Positions 19,229 to 27,782 are shown, counted from the first letter of the stretch. The stretch is 64,000 nucleotides of DNA from a virus (IMGVR_UViG_3300005201_000042:22116-86115); one strand, 5' to 3'. Translations and numbers: made by a program. Notes: generated from the sequence alone by a model not told the origin.

Positions 19229-19711
19229 ATGTCAGATAAGAGTAAGAAAGAGTCAGGTGCGGAGCCTGAGTCTCTTTTGGTTATGCCAGTTAGTGGTAAG
19301 TACTGTGAGATAATATCAGGTTCGGAGTCTTTTAAGATATGGAAGGTTCATCCGAATACTCCTGATTCTATTGGAACAAAGATTCCTTATGATGTTGGTG
19401 TTGAGTTTCTAAGTAAGACACCACCTGTTATCACTGTAGTTCCTGTGGTTAAAGATGGGAAGTTTGTTTCCCAGCTTTTAGAGGAAGACCAGGCAAAGAT
19501 TCAAGAAGCTTTAGCTAGAGGTTTCTCTGGCGGTAGGAATTATAACGAGGATACCACTAAAGGTGTTGCTGTTACTGATCCGAAGGCTTTAGAGAAAACT
19601 GCTAAGCTACTTCAGGAACAGACTGTGAAAAACAAGGTTTTAGAAGACCAGCTTGCTGACCTTACTTCAAGGTTGGTTAATTTAGAGAAGTCAGGAGCTT
19701 CTGGCAAATAG
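19229..19711 (+). CDS. Hypothetical protein with C-terminal coiled coil
   Basis: AGGAG RBS; 160 aa. Confidence 0.65.
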   Translation: MSDKSKKESGAEPESLLVMPVSGKYCEIISGSESFKIWKVHPNTPDSIGTKIPYDVGVEFLSKTPPVITVVPVVKDGKFVSQLLEEDQAKIQEALARGFSGGRNYNEDTTKGVAVTDPKALEKTAKLLQEQTVKNKVLEDQLADLTSRLVNLEKSGASGK

Positions 19712-19714
19712 CTT

Positions 19715-20434
19715 ATGGTTTCTATTCGAACACGTAAGAAGTCCGAGTTAACGGCTTATTTAGAGAGACGTACTTCAAAGATGCCTATCGTGTTGGATCA
19801 AGATGACTTTCATTTACAAATAGAGCGAGGAGTTAGTTTGCTTAATGATGAGCTTTTTAACCCTCGCTCTGTTTTATTAACCAATGCCAAGAATGGTTTA
19901 CTGGATGTCACTGCTTTTAATATTGATGAAATATGTACAGTTTATTATTCACAAGACACTGTAAGTAATCTGCTGGCTGGCATGGATTTGGGTGTTGGTT
20001 TCCTTCCACTCATTGAATCTCAAACAATGCCTATTTCTTCTCTTGAGTCTACGATTGATTTATTGGTTTTGAAGAGTGTAATAAACATGGTTCAAAGAAA
20101 AATGTTTAACTCCACTGATTATGTTTTACTTCCTATAGATTCAAATGGTCATCAGTATTTAGAGGTTAGGAATCCAGGTAATTTATTCTGGGTTGAGTAC
20201 CTGCCTTATATAAATCCCAACGACAATGAGTGGGCTTTATACGAGAATGAGTATCTATTCCTTTCTGAGTTGTGCTATGCATATATTTGTCATGCTAACG
20301 TTGAGGCTCAGGCTCAGGCTTCTATTCTTGGTGTTGGTAAAGAGGCTGTTAATTTAGTTCAGTACTGGGATCAGAAGATAGAAAAAATAATAAAAAATTT
20401 TCAAGACGGTTCTATCATAAATTACATGGGTTAA
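19715..20434 (+). CDS. Probable head completion/neck protein (gp13-like position)
   Basis: Size and position after the capsid gene; weak motif support. Confidence 0.5.
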   Translation: MVSIRTRKKSELTAYLERRTSKMPIVLDQDDFHLQIERGVSLLNDELFNPRSVLLTNAKNGLLDVTAFNIDEICTVYYSQDTVSNLLAGMDLGVGFLPLIESQTMPISSLESTIDLLVLKSVINMVQRKMFNSTDYVLLPIDSNGHQYLEVRNPGNLFWVEYLPYINPNDNEWALYENEYLFLSELCYAYICHANVEAQAQASILGVGKEAVNLVQYWDQKIEKIIKNFQDGSIINYMG

Positions 20435-20711
20435 TTGTATTGGAGGTTACTATGGATGCAAAACAAGTTACAGATTTAGGTGTATTTAAAAGTCACTCCT
20501 CTAAGAGTCTTTTTTCTTCTAAATATGACACTGCAATAAAGAAGTTTTCCAGACAAAAAAAGGGTAAACGAACTATGTAGTTACGACATAGCTGTGTGAC
20601 TGTCTAATAAATTTCCTGAGTTATCTGTGAGTGAGGCGATGGCTAAGTTGAAGCAACTTCGTGCTGATTTGCCTGTTAATCATGGATATAACGGCTTATT
20701 TATGTAGTGTT

Positions 20712-20749
20712 TTATACACACTTGTTATATAAATTCCTTCTGTTAAGGT
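20712..20749 (+). promoter_or_regulatory. Class I promoter
   Basis: TTATACACAC-TTGTTA-N16-TAAGGT with TG extension. Confidence 0.75.
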
Positions 20750-20778
20750 AGTAATATCTTGATTAAAGGAGTAGGAAA

Positions 20779-21355
20779 ATGAAAAAAGAAAAAGATGAGC
20801 AATTGAAAGAAGCTATTATTGACAATCTGCTTTACATTGTGGCTCAAGCTCTTAAGCAAGTAGATCGGTTGAGATCTGGGGATTTAGACGGAACTCTTTT
20901 GAACGACGTTAGGTCATCAAGAGAAAGCATTGAAAAATTGGCTTATGTAAGAGCCAGAGAGCTTATCTGAAAAATGTTTAAATCTTAATTAAAGGAGGGA
21001 TGAAATGAGTACAAATGGGTTTTCCGAAAAAGAATTCTTAGAGGGTAAGGTTTTACGTTATCTTATATTTCTTAAAGATGACCTGATGGAGAGAGGTTAC
21101 ACGGAAGAAGGTGCTGAGAAAGCTATTGCAGGTGCTTTACCTTACTGTATATTCCAACATGCACAATTAAACAAAATAGGTTAGCTTATGAAAAGTAAGT
21201 ACTCTGTTGAGAAGAGAACCGCTGACGAACGCTTTACTCTTACAATTCCAGGTTTGGACTATGCTGTTGGGGATGTTTACTTTGTTTTAAAAGAGCATGA
21301 GCAAGTTGTCGCTTGGGCACATACAGAGGATGGTGCTTGGGCTTGTAGACTCTAA
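20779..21355 (+). CDS. Accessory cassette of three small ORFs (20779-20970, 21004-21183, 21188-21355)
   Basis: Strong RBS (AAAGGAG) at the first two; bounded by a class I promoter and a terminator. The last two ORFs were read manually. Confidence 0.65.
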
Positions 21356-21393
21356 CTTAACGCCATCCTTCGGGATGGCTTTCGTTTTATATA
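21352..21393 (+). terminator. UUCG-loop terminator fused to a class III promoter (repeat of 26240-26282)
   Basis: CTAACTTAACGCCATCC-TTCG-GGATGGCTTT..GTTTTATATA; near-identical second copy. Confidence 0.85.
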
Positions 21394-21398
21394 CTAAT

Positions 21399-24300
21399 AT
21401 GAATAATTTTGTCTCTGTGTCTTCAAAGCCTTTAGTTATACGAATATCATCCTCTGCTAATCCAGGCTATATTTCAAAAGCTGTAACTACTGTTAAGAGG
21501 TTTCTAGACAACGTTGGTGCTTGGTATAAGTATCACAGAAGCAATAAATCGAATAGTGAGTATTTTCTGGTTGAACGTCCGAATGACAGGATGTCTCCGG
21601 AGGTTGACGTTCGTGTTTCAGATCACAATCTCCCACACGTATATGATCAACCAGACCTAGATATTGACCCCAGTTCTCCAGGTCGTATTGGTTCTTACTC
21701 TGTTCCAGAGGCTCTAGACTTGCTTGAGGGCTTCTTTGACGGGGAATACGTAAATATAGTTGAGGGTGAGCCTATTGTGTCTTCTAAAACTTATACACCC
21801 TTGTATTATGGCAATCGCAAGGGTATTATAAAGAGTAGTAGACGGGAGGCAACGCTTGAACGGTTTAACAAGATTGAGCAAACTCAACCAGATGTATGGC
21901 GTATATTACATACAAAGGCATCCGATCCTAGTATGCAGGGTTATAATACCCTTTTGGGTGTGGGTTCTTGGGACTATCACCAAGATTCAACTTTAGCTGG
22001 TTTGATTAGGGATTCTTGGAAAAAAGGTTATACTACTTTCTTCTTGGAAGACAACGAGGTTGTTCATGGTTTTTTAGCTTTTATGGTTAGTGGTGATACA
22101 ATTTATAATGTTAAGACTTTTTCAGTGGTTAGGGACGTTAAAAACGGAGAGGATTTAAAGAGGTTTGTGAGGGATTACGTGCCAAACTATAATTTAGTTT
22201 GGGAGGCACGTGAGGACAACAAAGCATGTAAGCGTTACGAGGATATAACGAGGTTGTATGGTGGTACTGTTACACCGAGTACAGAAAATCCTAACCATCT
22301 CATTTTTAAGATTAGAAAGGGGTCTGTGCCGAATTCCACACGGGTTTCTTTACATTCTCATAGCAGGTTGGAGCAAAGCTATAAAAATAGGTTTTCCTCA
22401 TCCTCACCCACGGTTTGCAGTGAGTTCGGAGCTTCTTTTAAGCAGTTTTCACTGGAGAATAGTTCTTCTGCAATCAAGAATAGACGATTTACAAGAAACA
22501 TTAAAATCTTAAGTACTTTTAACGAACAAGCCTATTCAGATTGGTTTTTAGAAGAATCCTCTAGGTTTCTTGGTAAATCTGAGGATGAAGTTCTTTCTCT
22601 CCCAAATTACAAAGATAAGCTAGACACTTTTTTGGATGAGGCACGTGAATGGCATTCTATGTCTCAAGAGGAAAGGGAAAGGTGGTATTTGTCAGGTGCT
22701 GGTAGAACTATTTGTACGTCTTCTGTTGTGCGTTTTTTATGGGCGGATAAGTCTTATCCATCCTTGTATTCTAAACTTTCTCAAGGTAATATTAACAAGT
22801 CTATGGGTCGTAAGTTTATTTTTAATTCCAAAGAGATGCTCTCAGGCGGTGTTTGGATAAGCCCTTCTGGAGATATGTTTGGTGTTCCTTTGACTCATAT
22901 AAAAGCTGTAATAGAAGACCCTGCTAAGTTTGGTTTATCTGTTGAACAGTTAAAGGCTATTTACAATAAGCATAACGAGGGTATTGGATCAGAGGGGGAC
23001 GCAAGAGACGAGGTTATTTCTTTGCTCATTTTTAATGGCTGGGTAAGAATTAGGTTTTACCCAGGCGAGTATTTTCATGTAGAGTTAAATAAATTAAGTC
23101 AAAAATATAAAAATGTTTTATTCTCTTGGGCTTCTAAAGTGATCAGTAAGTCTCCAGAGAAGAAAGCTCTTTCTGTCATTATTTGCGAGAGACTAGGAAA
23201 TTTTGAATATTCTTTTAAATTAGAAGATTTGCAGGTTTCTTTTGTTTCTTCTGGTAAAACTGGAGATTTAGCTTATTGGATAAGTCCTTCGGGAGAGCTT
23301 ATAAGTACGCATGGTAGTCATACAAGTACAGTAGTGGAAACTCCTGAGGTTTTTGGTTTTACAGAGGAAGAAGTTAATACTTTATTTTCGGTCGGTGAGG
23401 AGGAAGCTGTTCTTAAGTGTTTAATAGGTAACGGTTGGATAAGGCTTCGTTATCAGGCTGGTTGTTATTTTGTCTCTGTGTTGTCTTTGTCTCCAGAGAC
23501 CCAGCAAAGGTTGCAGAACTGGGCTTTGCATGAGGGGAACGAAGATAAGGATACTACAGTTATTATTGAGATGTTGGTTTCATTTAACGTTATAAAGGTT
23601 ACTTTACGAGATGTTTCTAGAGGTGTTTTTTCACATGATGCTTCCCTGCCTATCCATTCATCGGTTGATTATGATGAGTGGAGTCTTATTCCTAGTAGTC
23701 TTAGAACAATAGGAAACGCACAACTAATCGAGTCTGCTACTATTCAAGACCTATTAGACGAGAACGATAAGAACCCAGAGTTTACTCACAGGGCAGAGCA
23801 TTTAGACGCTACGAAGGCTCAGGGTGATTCAGAAATTACTCGCTGTTACGCTTCCACAGTCGAGTTAAGAACCAAGTCTGAGCATTTTAAGGAGAATAAT
23901 ACCTATTATCGGCAATGGGTACTTTTTAAGGATTTTGTTTCAATAGCACGGGACAAGAAGATCAAACTTGAGGACGCTGTGGATTATGCTATTAACTTTT
24001 GTGATATAACTATTAGATGTTCCTGCCCTGATTTTTTGTATAGAGGGTACTCTTACATGGGTGATCAGCTTGGTTATCTTTATGGTCTCCCAAGAGAGAA
24101 GCGGTTTCCTAAAAGAAATAACCCCAATCTTAAGCTTGCGGTTTGTAAGCACTCGGATATAGCATTAGAACATCTCCTTAAAAATAAAGAGAAACTTATA
24201 AAAATGTTTGGTGTATATTACAAGAGGATAAAAGAGACTCCACCTGACACTATGATTGCTGTCCCTGCTAAAGCCGCAGAGGAAAAGAAAGAGGAGTCTA

Positions 24301-25010
24301 TTGAGGACTTCTTAGCTGGTTTTGACGAGGATGGAAATAAAATATCAGAAGAAAAAGCAGACCTTAAAGAAGATGACGGTGTTGAGACTATTTCAGAACA
24401 AGACCCTGACTCTGGTGTTATTAAAATAGACACAAAACTTGCCGAGGGTAATTTACCGCCAGACCAGCAGGTTAAGTACGCAGGCGATGAAGATAAACCT
24501 GTGGACGAAAACACTCTAGAAAATGTGGCTGATTCTATTTCCGATGAGGAAGAAGAGGAATTAGCCACTCAGATTGACGAAGCTTCTCTTTCTGGTTCTC
24601 CTAGGAATGATAATGAGAAGTTCATGCACGAGTGGTCTTTCCAGCGGTTTAAACCTAATACTTATACAGACTTGTATCCTAATAATTATCATGCTAGTCT
24701 TATAACAAGTTCACCAGACAAAGATTATGAACCTGCTAAGTCTTATGTAAGAAACTGGTTGGACAGTATTTGTAAGAGTGTTCAAGCGAACCTAAAAAAG
24801 AAGGGTGTTGTTTCTACAATAAGTCCTGTAACAGGTTTGACTTGGAAAGTAGCAGTAGGTCAGAAGGATGTTCTTAAAATAGACCTTTCCTTCCCTTCTG
24901 GTAATTACTGCTTTAGTTATACATATTTAGATAGAACAAGTAAATCATTTTCAGGAAAGACTATGAAAATGGATGCTTTAATACAGCTTGTTCCAAAGGT
25001 TGGGGTTTGA
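21399..25010 (+). CDS. Large multidomain (polyvalent-like) protein: RVSDH domain, GNAT-like domain, two GGxWxSPxG domains, SWIM-type Zn finger, acidic region, SPDKDY domain
   Basis: Start moved from 21297 to 21399 because the upstream part spans a terminator. CSCPDF...CKH is SWIM-like; domains are separated by [IVL]-X-S-S. Confidence 0.75.
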   Translation: MNNFVSVSSKPLVIRISSSANPGYISKAVTTVKRFLDNVGAWYKYHRSNKSNSEYFLVERPNDRMSPEVDVRVSDHNLPHVYDQPDLDIDPSSPGRIGSYSVPEALDLLEGFFDGEYVNIVEGEPIVSSKTYTPLYYGNRKGIIKSSRREATLERFNKIEQTQPDVWRILHTKASDPSMQGYNTLLGVGSWDYHQDSTLAGLIRDSWKKGYTTFFLEDNEVVHGFLAFMVSGDTIYNVKTFSVVRDVKNGEDLKRFVRDYVPNYNLVWEAREDNKACKRYEDITRLYGGTVTPSTENPNHLIFKIRKGSVPNSTRVSLHSHSRLEQSYKNRFSSSSPTVCSEFGASFKQFSLENSSSAIKNRRFTRNIKILSTFNEQAYSDWFLEESSRFLGKSEDEVLSLPNYKDKLDTFLDEAREWHSMSQEERERWYLSGAGRTICTSSVVRFLWADKSYPSLYSKLSQGNINKSMGRKFIFNSKEMLSGGVWISPSGDMFGVPLTHIKAVIEDPAKFGLSVEQLKAIYNKHNEGIGSEGDARDEVISLLIFNGWVRIRFYPGEYFHVELNKLSQKYKNVLFSWASKVISKSPEKKALSVIICERLGNFEYSFKLEDLQVSFVSSGKTGDLAYWISPSGELISTHGSHTSTVVETPEVFGFTEEEVNTLFSVGEEEAVLKCLIGNGWIRLRYQAGCYFVSVLSLSPETQQRLQNWALHEGNEDKDTTVIIEMLVSFNVIKVTLRDVSRGVFSHDASLPIHSSVDYDEWSLIPSSLRTIGNAQLIESATIQDLLDENDKNPEFTHRAEHLDATKAQGDSEITRCYASTVELRTKSEHFKENNTYYRQWVLFKDFVSIARDKKIKLEDAVDYAINFCDITIRCSCPDFLYRGYSYMGDQLGYLYGLPREKRFPKRNNPNLKLAVCKHSDIALEHLLKNKEKLIKMFGVYYKRIKETPPDTMIAVPAKAAEEKKEESIEDFLAGFDEDGNKISEEKADLKEDDGVETISEQDPDSGVIKIDTKLAEGNLPPDQQVKYAGDEDKPVDENTLENVADSISDEEEEELATQIDEASLSGSPRNDNEKFMHEWSFQRFKPNTYTDLYPNNYHASLITSSPDKDYEPAKSYVRNWLDSICKSVQANLKKKGVVSTISPVTGLTWKVAVGQKDVLKIDLSFPSGNYCFSYTYLDRTSKSFSGKTMKMDALIQLVPKVGV
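21791..21829 (+). promoter_or_regulatory. Class I promoter embedded in coding sequence
   Basis: TTATACACCC-TTGTAT-N17-TATTAT, read as YTPLYYGNRKGII(KSS). Confidence 0.65.
24662..24700 (+). promoter_or_regulatory. Class I promoter embedded in coding sequence
   Basis: TTATACAGAC-TTGTAT-N17-TAGTCT, read as YTDLYPNNYHASL(ITSS). Confidence 0.6.
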
Positions 25011-25011
25011 T

Positions 25012-25344
25012 ATGCCTAAGTTTAAAGATGAGACTGACAGGCTTTTGTTTGAGGGTATAAAAAGTCTCTCTCCTGAGTCTTTTGTTAGGCTTAAGGGTGA
25101 GATTGAGCAAGCAAGAGCTTCTTATCCAAATATGTTTTCTAGTTCTCTTGTTACTAGCTCAGTTAATGGAAAGCAAAGAAGGAAATCTGGAAAACCAACA
25201 GAAGATGAAGAAATTAGATCTGATAATTCTCACTTGGTTGTTCGGGGTCTAAATAAAGAGGAAAGAATCGCTTTGTTGTTAAAAGCTCATCCTTCTTATT
25301 CTTATGAGGCTATTTCTTCTCTCGTAGATGGCAATTATGAATAA
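25012..25344 (+). CDS. Small hypothetical protein, paralogue of 6291-6521
   Basis: Same GGGGTTTGATATG junction as copy 1. Confidence 0.7.
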   Translation: MPKFKDETDRLLFEGIKSLSPESFVRLKGEIEQARASYPNMFSSSLVTSSVNGKQRRKSGKPTEDEEIRSDNSHLVVRGLNKEERIALLLKAHPSYSYEAISSLVDGNYE

Positions 25345-25711
25345 TAAAGAAGAATTTTTAACGGCTTATCGTGCTGTTGTTGAACGAGCTTTAAAGCTTT
25401 CTGAAGTGGCTCGGCGTGAGGGTTTATTAGCTTTAGAAGAATCTATTGACGTGGACAAAGCTAGGAATCGAGATGTTTTCGAATATGGGCTTCAGTTTGT
25501 TGTCGATGGTACAGAGCCAGCAATACTAAATAAGATATTATCCAATATAATTGAGCAAGAAGAGAACGTTTATAAATCGCATTTAATGGTCATTCAAAAA
25601 GAGGCTGTTTTGGCTATCCAAGAAGGAATGACTGTTAGACTTCTTGCTTGTCTTTTAAACTCCTATTCTGATCTTCCATTAAGTGACCCTATCTTCGGTT
25701 TGCAAGATTAA
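25337..25711 (+). CDS. Stand-alone MotA-cytoplasmic-domain-like protein (no TM helices)
   Basis: LSEVARREGLLALEE...GLQFVVDGTEPAILNKILSNII matches the MotA/PomA cytoplasmic loop signature. Confidence 0.75.
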   Translation: MNNKEEFLTAYRAVVERALKLSEVARREGLLALEESIDVDKARNRDVFEYGLQFVVDGTEPAILNKILSNIIEQEENVYKSHLMVIQKEAVLAIQEGMTVRLLACLLNSYSDLPLSDPIFGLQD

Positions 25712-25720
25712 ATTAAATAG

Positions 25721-25758
25721 TTATACACTCTTGTTATATTATTCTCTTGTGTTAATGT
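25721..25758 (+). promoter_or_regulatory. Class I promoter
   Basis: TTATACACTC-TTGTTA-N16-TAATGT with TG extension. Confidence 0.7.
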
Positions 25759-25790
25759 TAATATATCAAATTTTATTAAGAAGTGAGTTT

Positions 25791-26222
25791 ATGAAAAAGG
25801 AATTTAATTTTAGGTCAGATGGTTTGGAGATTAACGGGAAATTTTATAAAGGTCAGTGGTTAAGTGACCGTTGGCATAACGGAGAAGTTACTTCCACACT
25901 CCCTGCACCACCTGTAGAGTTCCATGTTCCTCAGAAATCGAACTTTCCAAAGAATACAGGGCTGGATTTTGTTCTTGGTACCCGTCCGAATAGAGTAGGA
26001 ATTATTTTTGATGTGGTAGTTTTTGATACTAACCATGAATTTTACAATAAGGCTTTAAAATCTTGGGTTGCTTATGTAACCAACGATTTAACTGAAACTG
26101 CGTCTAACTTTAAAGATTTGCTTACAAAAGATGATTACCCTGAGTATGCAAAGAAGTATGTATCTGATCTTCTTGATAATAACCTGAGAAATCAAGCTAT
26201 TTTGAAAAGTTTGGTGGCTTAA
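25791..26222 (+). CDS. Single-gene accessory cassette, hypothetical protein
   Basis: Lies between a class I promoter and the UUCG terminator. Confidence 0.65.
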   Translation: MKKEFNFRSDGLEINGKFYKGQWLSDRWHNGEVTSTLPAPPVEFHVPQKSNFPKNTGLDFVLGTRPNRVGIIFDVVVFDTNHEFYNKALKSWVAYVTNDLTETASNFKDLLTKDDYPEYAKKYVSDLLDNNLRNQAILKSLVA

Positions 26223-26239
26223 TTTTAATTAAATCTTGC

Positions 26240-26282
26240 CTAACTTAACGCCATCCTTCGGGATGGCTTTTTGTTTTATATA
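26240..26282 (+). terminator. UUCG-loop terminator fused to a class III promoter
   Basis: GCCATCC-TTCG-GGATGGC-TTTTT then TTTATATA. Confidence 0.85.
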
Positions 26283-26287
26283 TCATT

Positions 26288-26782
26288 ATGGGTTATGAAA
26301 ATCTCTCTACTTATGATTTCTTTTTACGGTTTCAAGATAAGTGTTTAGAAAAAGTTGGCCAACCTTGTACTATTTGGGTTCCTAAACAACAAGTAACTCT
26401 TGGGTATGAGGATCTGGGTAAATGGGTTGAGCAATGGACAGGGGTTTCTAACATTTCTAATTCCTTTTCTGTTTTTCAAGCAAATATTTGGATTGAGTTT
26501 AATGTTAAGCGTGGTGTTTATTACCACTTTAATTTAGATCCTAATGATGAAGATAATAAACAACTTGTAATGGCTTATCTCCCTACAAATTCTCTTGTTC
26601 GTGAAGGAGCTTTTATTAGAACGGCTGTTTCTGATGGGGCTAGTGTTTGGGGTGACCATACATTCTCTGTTGTAAGGGTAGTTGAGGAAGGGCAATTTAA
26701 AACTTTAAAGCGTACTTATTTTCTTCGTCCAGTTGTTTCTGCTGAGTTAAATAGTTTATTGGATGTCAGGAGTGTAAAGTGA
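26288..26782 (+). CDS. Probable neck/head-tail connector (gp14-like position)
   Basis: Position before the terminator-like and sheath genes; leaderless ATG. Confidence 0.45.
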   Translation: MGYENLSTYDFFLRFQDKCLEKVGQPCTIWVPKQQVTLGYEDLGKWVEQWTGVSNISNSFSVFQANIWIEFNVKRGVYYHFNLDPNDEDNKQLVMAYLPTNSLVREGAFIRTAVSDGASVWGDHTFSVVRVVEEGQFKTLKRTYFLRPVVSAELNSLLDVRSVK

Positions 26783-27477
26783 TAGGAGGTAATCTTTCCA
26801 CTTACGTAACTTTTAAGTTATTTCAACTTTTTAAAGATCGTCTCCTTCCCCTTGTGAATGAGTATCGGAGAGATGATAAAACTACTGACATTTACAAACA
26901 CATCTTCCTTGCACCTGAATCTTTCTCAAAAAAACGAGCTTTTCAGGTTAGGGGTGTGTCTTCTCCCTTTGTTTGTTTGTGGGCGGCTTCTCCTTTGTCT
27001 TATAATAAGGCTTTTTACTCACGGTCTGTTCTTCCCATTGATTTTGAGTATACAGACTGTTTAAAGTGTGATCCCTGCACAAAAGATAAAGACTGTCCAG
27101 GTTTAAAGATGGACAGAGGTTTTCTTTACGATTACGAGCAGAAATTTGAATTATCCTCTAGTTCTTTCTTTGCAGACTTTAGGGCATCTATCATGCAAGA
27201 TTTATTGGGCATGGATCGGATTCGATATTTCGATATTAATGTTGATGAGCTTTTACCCGGATACTCTTGTAAAATAGAACTTCTGTTAGAAAATTTAGTT
27301 CAAAATGAGACTGTTGATCAGGTTGGTGGTAACAGGTCTTTTGATTTAGGTGCTAAATACAACTTAAAAATAACTCTTCCAGTTCTTTCTAAACCAGAGT
27401 TATACATAACAAAAATTAAAGCTTTCTCTGCTAACTTAGCAGATTGGTTAGCAGAATCTAAAGAACTAACTCCTTAA
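26779..27477 (+). CDS. Probable tail terminator/sheath stabiliser (gp15-like position) with Cys-rich insert
   Basis: Position; F.L....Y.L.IT.P-like C-terminus; CLKCDPC...C insert. Confidence 0.45.
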   Translation: MIGGNLSTYVTFKLFQLFKDRLLPLVNEYRRDDKTTDIYKHIFLAPESFSKKRAFQVRGVSSPFVCLWAASPLSYNKAFYSRSVLPIDFEYTDCLKCDPCTKDKDCPGLKMDRGFLYDYEQKFELSSSSFFADFRASIMQDLLGMDRIRYFDINVDELLPGYSCKIELLLENLVQNETVDQVGGNRSFDLGAKYNLKITLPVLSKPELYITKIKAFSANLADWLAESKELTP

Positions 27478-27486
27478 TTTATTTGC

Positions 27487-27494
27487 TTTATATA
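27487..27494 (+). promoter_or_regulatory. Class III motif TTTATATA
   Basis: Heads the sheath operon. Confidence 0.6.
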
Positions 27495-27512
27495 TCACTG
27501 ACGGAGGTTGTG

Positions 27513-27782
27513 ATGGCTTTTGTAATAAAAAATTCAAGTCGGTATGTGGGAGAGGTTCAGATTAATGGTGAATGGGTTATTGTTCATCCAGGCGAGTCTG
27601 TCACTTCTAAAGTGAAGCCTCCACCTTTATCTCCAAATCTAAAAGTATATTTTGTTGATGATACTAAAGTAAATGCACAAAGGTCTACTCATAAAAAAGA
27701 TCAAAAGGGAAAGAACCAGGACAAAACCTCTGATAAAGGTGTTGCTTCAGATGCATCTGTTCCTTCCAGTCCTATATCTTAA
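27513..27782 (+). CDS. Small hypothetical virion-module protein
   Basis: GGAGG RBS; immediately before the sheath gene. Confidence 0.6.
   Translation: MAFVIKNSSRYVGEVQINGEWVIVHPGESVTSKVKPPPLSPNLKVYFVDDTKVNAQRSTHKKDQKGKNQDKTSDKGVASDASVPSSPIS

Noticed and set aside
21297-21398. N-terminal extension of the 1237-aa ORF
   Set aside because: It runs through another small ORF, a terminator and a late promoter; ATG 21399 fits the 5-nt leaderless pattern.
25337-25711. Genuine motA gene or host-chromosome contamination
   Set aside because: No TM helices, no motB, and it is embedded in phage cassettes with phage promoters.
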